The position numbers and the translations under genes were made by a program. This document shows positions 15,447 to 23,713 of a stretch of 40,000 nucleotides of DNA, piece by piece. The notes beneath the pieces are model-generated. The model made no database searches. It saw only the letters and a list, made by a program, of their open reading frames with translations, and was not told the origin of the DNA. The stretch comes from Pyrodictium occultum (GTDB lineage: Archaea > Thermoproteota > Thermoprotei_A > Sulfolobales > Pyrodictiaceae), in assembly GCF_001462395.1 (NCBI RefSeq), contig NZ_LNTB01000001.1, positions 1,304,758 to 1,344,757 on the forward strand. Reading direction: 5' to 3'. Numbering within the stretch: the stretch's first letter is position 1; the number at the start of each line of letters is the position of its first letter.

Positions 15447-16883
15447 CTAGACCCTCTCGATGTGGAGCGCGTAGAGCCCATCCACCCGGGCAGCGTGGCC
15501 CGGCGGCACCAGGACGGTGGAGTCCTCCTCCTCGACCACCGCGGGGCCCGTGATCTCGGCCCCAGGCCTCAGGAGGGGCCTCCAGTACACCGGGGCCTCA
15601 ACCCAGCCCGCCTCCTCGAAGTAGACGCGCCTCCGCCCCCGCGGCTCTGGCCGGTGGGGCCTCGGCTCCCCCTGCGGCAGCCTGGGCTTCCCCGTCCTCC
15701 CGTAGGCGGTGAGCCGGGCCGCGACTATGAAGACCGGCGCCTCCCGGAGCCTGTAGCCGTACCGGGCCTCGTGGAGCCGGTGGAACTCCTCCACCGCCTC
15801 GCCCAGGCTGCCGCGGTAGGGGACCGTGATGCTGTAGGCCTGGCCCATGTACCTCATCTCCAGGCTCCTTGTCATCACTATCTTGTTGCCCGGCACGCCC
15901 TCCGCCCTGAGCATTGCCAGGGCCTTCTCCGCGAGGCTCTCGAACACCCTGTCGAGCTCCTCCTCGGAGACCTCGCCGGCGGCCCTCGCCACAGCCGCGT
16001 GGAGGTCGTGCCGGTAGTCGGTGAGCAGGAGCCCGAGGGCGGAGAAGACGCCGGGCATCGGCGGGACCACGACCCTCTCCATCCCCAGCTCCCCCGCCAG
16101 CTCAGCCGCGTGGAGGGGCCCGGCGCCCCCATAGGCGTAGAGGGTGAAGCGCCGGGGGTCGTAGCCCCTCTCCACGGTCACTATCCGGAGCGCCCTCGCC
16201 ATAATAGTGTTGGCTATCCTAACCACCGCCGCCGCTGCCTCGACCAGGTCCATGCCCAGCTTCTCCCCGAGCCCCGTGAGAGCCTCCAGCGCCAGGTCCC
16301 TGCGGAGCCGGAGGACGCCGCCGGCGAGGGCCTCGGGGAGCCTCCCGAGGACGAGCTGCGCGTCCGTAACCGTCGGCTCCCTCCCGCCCCGGCCGTAGCA
16401 GGCCGGCCCCGGGTCGGAGCCCGCGCTCACCGGGCCCACGCGGAGCGCGCCCCCCGCGTCGACCCAGGCGATGCTGCCCCCGCCCGCGCTGACCTCCACG
16501 AGGTCTATGAAGGGGTAGCGTACCGGGTACCCGGAGCCCCTCAGCTTCCTCCCCATGTGGGCCCTGCCGCCGACCTCGTACTCGCCCACCACGAGCGGCT
16601 CCCCGCCCACCACGGCGACAGCCTTCGCCGTGGTGCCGCCCATATCGAAGCCCACGGCGTGCTCGACCCCCATCAGCCTGGAGAAGTAGGCCGCCGCGAC
16701 CGCGCCGGCGGCGGGCCCGCTCTCGATGAACGCCGCGGGCCTCTCGACAGCCTGCTCGACCCCGGCCACCCCGCCGCTGCTCTGCATGACCAGGAGCGTC
16801 CCCCGGAACCCGCGGCGCCGCAGCTCCTCCAGGAGCCTGGCCAGGTAGCCGGAGAGCAGCGGCCGGAGCAGCGCGTTCACCAC
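15447..16883 (-). CDS. hyuA: Hydantoinase A / oxoprolinase family, C-terminal fragment (gene interrupted by a frameshift)
   Basis: Continues the Hydantoinase_A sequence (...VVNALLRPLL..., GFDMGGTTAK, SAGGGSIAWVD). The conserved REYERASTA immediately upstream is in this frame but lies before any start codon. Confidence 0.8.
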   Translation of the reverse strand: MVNALLRPLLSGYLARLLEELRRRGFRGTLLVMQSSGGVAGVEQAVERPAAFIESGPAAGAVAAAYFSRLMGVEHAVGFDMGGTTAKAVAVVGGEPLVVGEYEVGGRAHMGRKLRGSGYPVRYPFIDLVEVSAGGGSIAWVDAGGALRVGPVSAGSDPGPACYGRGGREPTVTDAQLVLGRLPEALAGGVLRLRRDLALEALTGLGEKLGMDLVEAAAAVVRIANTIMARALRIVTVERGYDPRRFTLYAYGGAGPLHAAELAGELGMERVVVPPMPGVFSALGLLLTDYRHDLHAAVARAAGEVSEEELDRVFESLAEKALAMLRAEGVPGNKIVMTRSLEMRYMGQAYSITVPYRGSLGEAVEEFHRLHEARYGYRLREAPVFIVAARLTAYGRTGKPRLPQGEPRPHRPEPRGRRRVYFEEAGWVEAPVYWRPLLRPGAEITGPAVVEEEDSTVLVPPGHAARVDGLYALHIERV

Positions 16884-17509
16884 AGCGGTGCTGGCCCTCT
16901 CGTACTCGCGGGCGCAGGGTCTACCTCATGGCTCGCCACCACCTCGGCGCCGGGGCACTCCTTTAGGATAATCCTCTTCGCCTCCTCCTCGTGCCCCGGG
17001 TTGGCGTAGCTATGGAGGAACGAGACGACGAACACCCTGGCTCGGCCGCACCACTCCCTCGCGATCCTCCTGACGGCCTCCCCGTCGAGGGGCTCTATCT
17101 CTTCCCCGCGGGGCCCTACCCGGCCCCTGACGGTCAGCCTCCGCTCCCTGGGCACGAGGGGCCTGGGCCGCTGGAAGAAGGGGTCGTAGAGGGTGGGGCG
17201 GGCCTGCCTGCCCAGCTCCAGCACGTCCCGGAAGCCTTCATTGGTCACGAGGACTGCCTCCGGCGGCTCCAGCCCCTCCTGGCCCAGGAACATGTTGGTG
17301 CCAAGGGTGGAGGCGTGGACTATGACCTCCACTGTGTCGAGGCTCCAGCCGAGCATCGCGAGGGCGTTCAGCACGCCCCTCCACGGCTCCCTCGGGGTGG
17401 TGAGGGTCTTGAGGCTCACAACCCTCCCCAACTCCTCGTCGAAGGCTACGAGGTCGGTGAAGGTGCCCCCGATGTCAACCCCTATCCTCCTCAAGGCCCG
17501 GGCCGGCAC
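16877..17509 (-). CDS. hyuA: Hydantoinase A / oxoprolinase family, N-terminal fragment
   Basis: IGVDIGGTFTDLVAF is the N-terminal ATPase motif of the Hydantoinase_A_N domain. The frame ends ...ASHEVDPAPASTRGPAPLW*, straight after the conserved SHEV. Confidence 0.8.
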   Translation of the reverse strand: MPARALRRIGVDIGGTFTDLVAFDEELGRVVSLKTLTTPREPWRGVLNALAMLGWSLDTVEVIVHASTLGTNMFLGQEGLEPPEAVLVTNEGFRDVLELGRQARPTLYDPFFQRPRPLVPRERRLTVRGRVGPRGEEIEPLDGEAVRRIAREWCGRARVFVVSFLHSYANPGHEEEAKRIILKECPGAEVVASHEVDPAPASTRGPAPLW

Positions 17510-17560
17510 CCCAGAGGGGCTGCGGCGCCGCCGGCCTAATACCAGGGCCCCCCGGGGGGC

Positions 17561-18148
17561 TTAGCCGGCGCGCGTCCTGGGCAGGGCACGGTAGCCCTCC
17601 ACAAGCCTCTGGGCGAAGGTCGTCCACGCTAGGACGGCTAGCAGGCTGTAGAGGTACACGGCCACCCCCACGCCCAGGGCGGCGTGGACCAGGAGCACGA
17701 GCAGCTGCGCCACCACCCGGTCGCTCCTCTCGAGGAGCCCCGTCCCCTCCATGCTCCCGCCCGCCAGCGACTCGTAGCGGGCGCGGGCGTAGCTGGTCAG
17801 GAGCGCCCCGGTGAGGAAGGCGAGCACCGCCCAGGCGGGGTAGCCCAGCTCCATGAAGCCGGCGGCGTACACCGTGTCCTCCACGCGGTCCAGGAGGCTG
17901 TCGAGGTAGGCCCCCCGCGGCCCCGCCTCGCCGCGCAGCCTTGCCACCGCGCCGTCGAGCGCGTCCAGGAGCCCGCTCACCGCGAGGAGGAGCACGGCGA
18001 GCAGGGGGCTCCCCGCGGCCGCGGCGGCGAGGTAGGCCAGGGAGGCAGCCAGGCCCAGCAGCGTGTAGACGTCACCCGGCAGCGAGGCCAGGGGCCTGGC
18101 CGCCGCCTCCACGAAGCCCTTTATCCTCCCACGTAGCCTGCCCATCAA
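17561..18148 (-). CDS. CDP-alcohol phosphatidyltransferase family protein (archaeal polar-lipid head-group synthase)
   Basis: Signature DALDGAVARLRGEAGPRGAYLDSLLDRVED (DGx2ARx8Gx3Dx3D) and multiple TM helices. Confidence 0.85.
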   Translation of the reverse strand: MMGRLRGRIKGFVEAAARPLASLPGDVYTLLGLAASLAYLAAAAAGSPLLAVLLLAVSGLLDALDGAVARLRGEAGPRGAYLDSLLDRVEDTVYAAGFMELGYPAWAVLAFLTGALLTSYARARYESLAGGSMEGTGLLERSDRVVAQLLVLLVHAALGVGVAVYLYSLLAVLAWTTFAQRLVEGYRALPRTRAG

Positions 18149-18166
18149 GGCTCCCGGCCGCCCCGG

Positions 18167-19384
18167 CTACTCGTGAGCCATGTCCAGGCCTGCGAGGAGC
18201 GCCTTGAGGGTATCGGCCTCGGGGTCCCCCTCGGGGAGCGTAGCCCTGGCTATGATCTCCCTGTAGACCAGCTCGGCCAGGCCCCTGCGGAGCCTCGCCT
18301 TCTCGTGGGCCAGGACCACTGGGAGCGGGTGGCTCTGGCCGGGCAGGGTCAGTCCGTGGGCGGCCGCGGCCAGCCTCTCCATGACGGCGTGGGGGTCGCC
18401 GCCCTCGGGGACCGGCGCCTCCAGCCGGTATGGCCGGAGCGTGTAGGGGGAGACGGTGTAGCTCGCGTAGATCCTCAGCCCCCTGCGGCGGTAGCAGCGG
18501 TAGACGTCCCTGGGGATGCTGGAGGCCTCCAGGGGCTCGGTGTAGAAGGGCCTGCCCAGCCTGGAACGGGCCGCGGCCGCGAGCGCGGCGGCCAGCTCCT
18601 CGTCCCCCATGCCGGGCAGCCCGGCTGCGCTCCGGAGCCTGGAGGCGAGGAGCCGGACCCTGCCGATCCTCTTCACCACGCCGGCGGCGAGGTGGCCCCG
18701 CTCGAGCAGGGCCGCCACCACGGCTGCCCGGGCGCAGTGGTAGCCCTCCACCAGCCGGAGGGCCTCGGAGGGATCAACCCCCAGGAGCCCTGCCACCGCC
18801 CGCGCCGAGGCGGCCGGGTCGAGCCTGGAGGGCGGGTCGGCCACCGGCCCGTCGATAAACACAACGCCGGGCTCCATGCACTCCAGCCTGGAGAGGGCGA
18901 GGGTCTCCAGCACCATCTGGGCGGCCTCCGCCGCGGCCTCGGCGGCGGCGCCGGTGGGGTCGAGGATCTCGACCACCTCGGCCCCCGGGTAGAGGATGAC
19001 CGGGCTCCTCGACGCGATGCCCTCGGGGAGGCCTACCACCACGGCGGAGAGGAGCGCGTAGTAGCTGCCCATGCCCCCGCCCACCAGCTGCCGGGAGCCG
19101 TCCGCCCCGTAGCTCCTCGCGGACGGCTCAGGCTCCGGCGCCTCGCGGATGAGGCCGCGGCTGAGCGCCTCCCGGAGAGCCTCCACCCCGGCCTCGCGGA
19201 GCCTCTGGTAGATGTCCCGCCTCTCCCTCGCCCTCTGCAGCGCCTTCTCCAGCAGCCTCTGGACCAGCGCGGGCTCGCTCCTCTCCAGGTCCATCATCTC
19301 CCTGGCCTTCCTGGCCAGGGGCTCTGGGAGGCCCCAGCTGCTAGCCACTACCACCACCCCCGTATAGGCGGCGGAGCGTCTCAA
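18167..19384 (-). CDS. NurA-like nuclease domain protein
   Basis: YGADGS and VFIDGPV motifs sit in the positions of the NurA catalytic Asp motifs. It lies immediately downstream of, and overlaps, the HerA-like ATPase. The true start is probably an internal Met near 19297. Confidence 0.55.
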   Translation of the reverse strand: MRRSAAYTGVVVVASSWGLPEPLARKAREMMDLERSEPALVQRLLEKALQRARERRDIYQRLREAGVEALREALSRGLIREAPEPEPSARSYGADGSRQLVGGGMGSYYALLSAVVVGLPEGIASRSPVILYPGAEVVEILDPTGAAAEAAAEAAQMVLETLALSRLECMEPGVVFIDGPVADPPSRLDPAASARAVAGLLGVDPSEALRLVEGYHCARAAVVAALLERGHLAAGVVKRIGRVRLLASRLRSAAGLPGMGDEELAAALAAAARSRLGRPFYTEPLEASSIPRDVYRCYRRRGLRIYASYTVSPYTLRPYRLEAPVPEGGDPHAVMERLAAAAHGLTLPGQSHPLPVVLAHEKARLRRGLAELVYREIIARATLPEGDPEADTLKALLAGLDMAHE

Positions 19385-20999
19385 CTACCCTGGTCCTCCC
19401 CATTGCGTGGCCCACGCTCCTCCTCCCGGTCCGGACCAGGGCGGGGAAGCCCAGCATGTTCATCTGCCCCGTCACCACCGCCACGCCGCGGGGGAGCCTG
19501 GTGAGCCTCCTCTCGAGCCCCGCTGGGAGCCCCCCGGCCGCCCGGGAGACGTAGGCCACGTCCTCGACGGGGAGCCTGTAGATGATCCACGTGTTGAGCA
19601 TCGAGAGGACCACGGGGTCCACGAAGACCGGGCGCTGGCTCACCAGCACCAGGCTGAGGCCGAACTTCCTCCCCTGCGTGGCTATGAGGGAGAGGTAGTC
19701 CCTCGCCAGGCTCCAGGCCACCGGGTAGCTGCGGGGGTTGGGCGCGTAGTTCTGCGCCTCCTCCAGGACCAGGACCAGGTAGCGCTCCTCGCCCCTGGTC
19801 TTGTAGCCCGTGAACTGCTTGTAGAGGAGCCTGGCCAGGTACGCGACCACCAGCTGGCGGACAGGCAGCGGCACTCCCGGTGCGCCCTCAGCGGAGAAGT
19901 CTAGTATGGCGAGCCCCGGCTCCCGAGTCAGGGTGTCCACGAAGCCCGGGTCCAGGCTCGGCCTCCCGGAGATCACCCGGTAGCCCTCGACTATGTCGCG
20001 GTGGAACTTCTCCACTGCGGCGCGGACAGCCCTCGCTGTCTGGGCGTGGATGGGCGCGCCCCTCCCCGTGCTGAGATCCTCCAGGGTCTCGTAGACGAGG
20101 CCCACCCTGGACGTGAGGAGCTCCGTGAACCCGTAGCCCATTGCCTCCAGCTCCCGGAGCGCCCTCTCCAGCGCCGAGACCTGGAGCTCGTTGAGCTCCA
20201 CGCCCCCCGTCTTGTAGGTTATTATGAACTCCGCCAGCTCCCTGGCGGTGAAGCCGTCGAGGCTTATCGTTATCGGCAGGGTGTAGGGCCGGTACCTCGC
20301 CGGGCTCCCGGGGAACACGAGCCTGTAGACCCTCCTGTAGGCCCCCACCTTCCTGCCGGAGGCGTAGGCCTCGTGGTAGTCCATGTAGTCCCCGTTGGCG
20401 TCCACTACTATTGCCGGGAGGGCGCCCTCGAGGCCGCCGCCGAGGGGGATTCTGGAGAGCAGCTCGAGGAGGTAGCCCACCCCGTAGCTCTTCCCGCTCC
20501 CCGTCTCGCCGAACACGCCGACATGCATGGTTATGTTCTCCACGTCGAGGGGGAGGCCTAGGCCCTGGTAGCCGAGCAGCTCACCGAACCACACCACCCC
20601 TGGCTCCTCCTCGCCGAGGCCCAGTGCCTCTCTCAGCTCCCCCGGTCCCAGGAGCCGGACACGGTCGCCGGGGAGGGGCGGTGCTTGCAGCTCCTCCAGC
20701 CCCCGGTCCCCGGGGCGGCCGAGCACCGTCGCCTCGGCCACCGTGTAGCGGCGGGCCGCCTCCTCTAGCAGGGGCGGCTCGAGGCCACGGCGCCTAGCCT
20801 CGCTCCAGAGGTCGCCCTCGAGGTAGAACTCGTTGACGGGGACTATCCTGTCTATCCTCGCCAGGGCCCTGTCCTCGCCCCTCCGGGCCTCCACCAACAC
20901 CAGGAGGCCCTCGCGGGCCAGCCTCTCCCCCTCGAGGGTGAGCTGTATCTTCAGGGTCTCCGTTGTGGAGCCGCTGAGCACCACTCCTATCGGCTTCAA
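19341..20999 (-). CDS. HerA-like (FtsK/HerA superfamily, DUF87-type) ATPase
   Basis: N-terminal HAS-barrel-like segment, Walker A GVFGETGSGKSY and Walker B-like YLVLVLEEAQNYAP. Confidence 0.8.
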   Translation of the reverse strand: MKPIGVVLSGSTTETLKIQLTLEGERLAREGLLVLVEARRGEDRALARIDRIVPVNEFYLEGDLWSEARRRGLEPPLLEEAARRYTVAEATVLGRPGDRGLEELQAPPLPGDRVRLLGPGELREALGLGEEEPGVVWFGELLGYQGLGLPLDVENITMHVGVFGETGSGKSYGVGYLLELLSRIPLGGGLEGALPAIVVDANGDYMDYHEAYASGRKVGAYRRVYRLVFPGSPARYRPYTLPITISLDGFTARELAEFIITYKTGGVELNELQVSALERALRELEAMGYGFTELLTSRVGLVYETLEDLSTGRGAPIHAQTARAVRAAVEKFHRDIVEGYRVISGRPSLDPGFVDTLTREPGLAILDFSAEGAPGVPLPVRQLVVAYLARLLYKQFTGYKTRGEERYLVLVLEEAQNYAPNPRSYPVAWSLARDYLSLIATQGRKFGLSLVLVSQRPVFVDPVVLSMLNTWIIYRLPVEDVAYVSRAAGGLPAGLERRLTRLPRGVAVVTGQMNMLGFPALVRTGRRSVGHAMGRTRVVETLRRLYGGGGSG

Positions 21000-21113
21000 G
21001 GCTTATGCCCATCCCCGGCTTATCCTGGGCGGGGCCCTAGCTATATCCGCCCGGGGCCGCTGCCCGGGAAGGGGCTGCGGAGAGGTAGAAGGGGGAGGGG
21101 AGGCACGGAGCTG

Positions 21114-22301
21114 TTGACGCCCAGCATTGGGGGCTGGTGCCCGGGGCGCTGCGAGGCCCAGGAGATAGACAGTGGCGTGTACATGCTCAGGATCGCCGAC
21201 TATAGGGTCAAGTTCTTCGACTCTGTCTGGGAGGTCCCGGAAGGGGTAACCTACAACGCCTACCTGGTGGCCGGGCCGGAGAAGCTGGTCCTCGTTGGGC
21301 TCGCGGAGAGGAGGCATGCCGCGGCGCTGCTGGAGCTGCTCCGGAGAGCCGCCGGGCCCCGGGACCTGGATGCGGTTGTCCTCCAGCACACCTCCCACCT
21401 GGCCGCGGCCGAGCACCTGCTCCGGGAGGCTGGCGGCGTGAGGCTCTACACCCTCCCAGGGCTCGGGGAGCCGCCGGGCCTCAGGGCGGCCGTGCTGGAG
21501 CCCGGGGAGGGCATCAGCCTCGGGGGCGGCTGGAGGCTCTTCCTGCCGACGGGGCAGCCGCCCTGGCCCGGAGGCATCCTAGTGCTGGAGCCCCACGGCC
21601 TGGTGTTTACCGGCGACCTGTTCTCCGGCTACTCCACGCCCCCCATAATGGTTGACCGCGAGGACGTGGAGCTGTTCAGCTACTACACCTACTTTATGAG
21701 GAAGTACTTCGCCACTGTCATAGGGCCCTACAGGGGTAGGCTCCAGAGGCTGCTGGAGAAGCTGGCTGCCCTCGGCCCCAGGCTGCTGGCACCTCTCCAC
21801 GGCCTGGCGCTGGAGGCCCGGGCCGCGGAGGCGCTGCAGCTCTACACTGGCTGGGCCCGGGGCAGGCTGGACCCGGGCAAGGCTGTCGCGGTCTACCTCG
21901 ACCTGGACTCGGGCCCGGTGGCCGAGGCGGTTGAGAGGCTCGCCGAGGCCCTGGAGGAGAAGGACGTGGATGTCGCTGTTTACGGGTTCACCGAGACCCG
22001 GCGGCCCAACATCTCGGAGATCCTGGGCGACGCTGTCGACGCCGCCTACATAGTCATGGGCTTCGGCCGGCCCTGGGACGGGGGAGCGCCGCCGCCCCTC
22101 TCATTCCTCGTCAACCTCCTCTGCAGCCACGCCGCCTCCAGGCAGAGGCTGCTCATCCTCCACGGCCCCGGCGCCACGTCGCCCGCGGCCCTTCTCGCGG
22201 CCAGGCTCCAGGCCTGCGGCATGGAGGCTCTGGGGGCTCTGGAGCCCCGGGGAGACTGGCTCCACCGGGCCCTGGGGAAGCTGCTATCCGGGCCAGGCTA
22301 G
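21114..22301 (+). CDS. Flavodiiron (FprA)-like protein: MBL-fold plus flavodoxin-like domain, with a degenerate diiron motif
   Basis: YRVKFFDSVWEVPEGVTYNAYLV and LVFTGDLFSG match the FprA layout. The expected HxExDH is QHTSHLAAAEH. The C-terminal flavodoxin-like part is AVAVYLDLDSGPVAEAVERLAEALEEKDVDVAVYGF. The start may be ATG 21183. Confidence 0.65.
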   Translation: MTPSIGGWCPGRCEAQEIDSGVYMLRIADYRVKFFDSVWEVPEGVTYNAYLVAGPEKLVLVGLAERRHAAALLELLRRAAGPRDLDAVVLQHTSHLAAAEHLLREAGGVRLYTLPGLGEPPGLRAAVLEPGEGISLGGGWRLFLPTGQPPWPGGILVLEPHGLVFTGDLFSGYSTPPIMVDREDVELFSYYTYFMRKYFATVIGPYRGRLQRLLEKLAALGPRLLAPLHGLALEARAAEALQLYTGWARGRLDPGKAVAVYLDLDSGPVAEAVERLAEALEEKDVDVAVYGFTETRRPNISEILGDAVDAAYIVMGFGRPWDGGAPPPLSFLVNLLCSHAASRQRLLILHGPGATSPAALLAARLQACGMEALGALEPRGDWLHRALGKLLSGPG

Positions 22302-22339
22302 CCCCGGGGGCGCAGCCCGGGGGGAGGAGAAGGGAGGCG

Positions 22340-23713
22340 TTGGCGCCCGGGGAGGAGCTGCAAGAGGCGCTTGCAAGGCTCGGCTGGCTCCGCGAGCCCA
22401 GCGTCCCCGTCATCGGCTGCAGGGGCTCCGGCCGGGCCTGCTGGAGAGTCCGGGGGGACTACTGGCTGGCGGGCCGCTACGAGAAGAGGATCCTAGACTC
22501 CCTGGCCCAGCTGGCCTTCGGCGTAGACCCGGGGCTCCGGGAGAAGCTGGTGGTCCTCCACCGCGCCCCCGCGCCGGGCGGCGAGTACGCCGCCGAGGCC
22601 TTCGGGGAGGCCCTCCGCCTCGGCGTGGTGGAGTACACGAGCAGGGGCTGGAGGCTCCACCCCAGCGGCGCCCTGGCGAGCCTGGCCGCCAGCCTCGGGG
22701 CCGAGGCGGTGCAGGCCCCGGCAGGGGGGAGGCTGAAGGGCAAGCGTGTCCGGCTCCCCGCGGGGGCCTGCAGGGGCCGCCGCTGGGTCATCGTCTCCTC
22801 CCGGGGCTGGCTGGGCCCGGCGAGGGTGGACCGGGTCGAGGACGGGGCCTGCCTGGCCAAGGTCAAGGACATGGCGCCGCGGGGTCTGGAGCCGCTCCCG
22901 CCGGCCGGGCTCGACGAGGCCGTGGAGAGGAACGCCGAGCTGGTCGGCGCCCTGGCCTCCGAAGCCAGGGAGTTCATCAGGAGGGCCTACGCGAGGGTGC
23001 AGGCGAGCAGGGGCAGGGTCTACGTAGCCTTCAGCGGCGGCGCCGACTCCACCGCAGTGCTCAGCCTCGCCAGGGAGGCGCTGGGCGCCGAGAGGGTGGT
23101 GGCGGTCTACGCCGACACGGGGATGGAGTTCCCGGAGGCGAGGAGGCACGTGGAGAGGATAGCCTCCATCCTCGGCGTCGACCTCGAGGTCGTGGAGCCA
23201 GGCGTCGACCCCCTGGAGGAGATAGAGAGGAGGGGGTTGATGACGAGGGATAATAGGTGGTGCACCAGGGTCTTCAAGCTCGGGCCCCTCCGCCGCTTCT
23301 ACCAGCGGGTCGGGGCGAGGCTCATCCTCGACGGGGCCAGGCGGTGGGAGAGCAGCAGCCGGGCCAGGACGCCGAGGCTCGGGGAGAACCCGCTCATCCC
23401 CGGCGTGGCGAGGGCGCTGCCCATCCACCACTGGCCCCGGCTAGCAGTCCAGCTCTACCTGGCCGAGAGGGGGATCCCCCTGAGCCAGCTCTACCAGGAG
23501 GGGCTGACCAGGATAGGCTGCATCGCCTGCCCCGCGATGCACCTCTACGAGATCCACCTCGCCTACCGGCTCCACCCATCCTGGTACCGCCGCCTCGCCG
23601 AGGCGGTCGCCCGGAGGGAGGGCATCGACCCCGGGGAGGCGCTGCGCCTCCTCCTCTCCGGCCGGTGGCGCCGCCAGGGGGAGCCCGGGACCTGGATCCA
23701 GGACCGGGGCTAG
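22340..23713 (+). CDS. PAPS-reductase-family PP-loop ATPase with an N-terminal extension (PUA-like)
   Basis: PP-loop VYVAFSGGADSTAVLSLA and downstream RWCTRVFKLGPL, typical of the PAPS reductase/CysH-like family. The roughly 190-aa N-terminal region includes GKRVRLPAG...VIVSSRGWLGPARV. Confidence 0.75.
   Translation: MAPGEELQEALARLGWLREPSVPVIGCRGSGRACWRVRGDYWLAGRYEKRILDSLAQLAFGVDPGLREKLVVLHRAPAPGGEYAAEAFGEALRLGVVEYTSRGWRLHPSGALASLAASLGAEAVQAPAGGRLKGKRVRLPAGACRGRRWVIVSSRGWLGPARVDRVEDGACLAKVKDMAPRGLEPLPPAGLDEAVERNAELVGALASEAREFIRRAYARVQASRGRVYVAFSGGADSTAVLSLAREALGAERVVAVYADTGMEFPEARRHVERIASILGVDLEVVEPGVDPLEEIERRGLMTRDNRWCTRVFKLGPLRRFYQRVGARLILDGARRWESSSRARTPRLGENPLIPGVARALPIHHWPRLAVQLYLAERGIPLSQLYQEGLTRIGCIACPAMHLYEIHLAYRLHPSWYRRLAEAVARREGIDPGEALRLLLSGRWRRQGEPGTWIQDRG

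Noticed and set aside
15462-19504. Long plus-strand ORFs (15462-17009, 515 aa; 16991-17539; 17684-18136; 18173-19504, 443 aa) opposite hyuA, the lipid synthase and the NurA-like gene
   Set aside because: All are antisense to ORFs with recognisable family motifs. Their translations are Arg/Pro/Gly/His-rich with no motifs, and stop codons are simply rare in GC-rich antisense frames. The same reasoning applies to 6337-7083(-), 10287-10910(-), 14725-15348(+), 22493-23431(-), 37347-38183(-) and 39197-39796(+).
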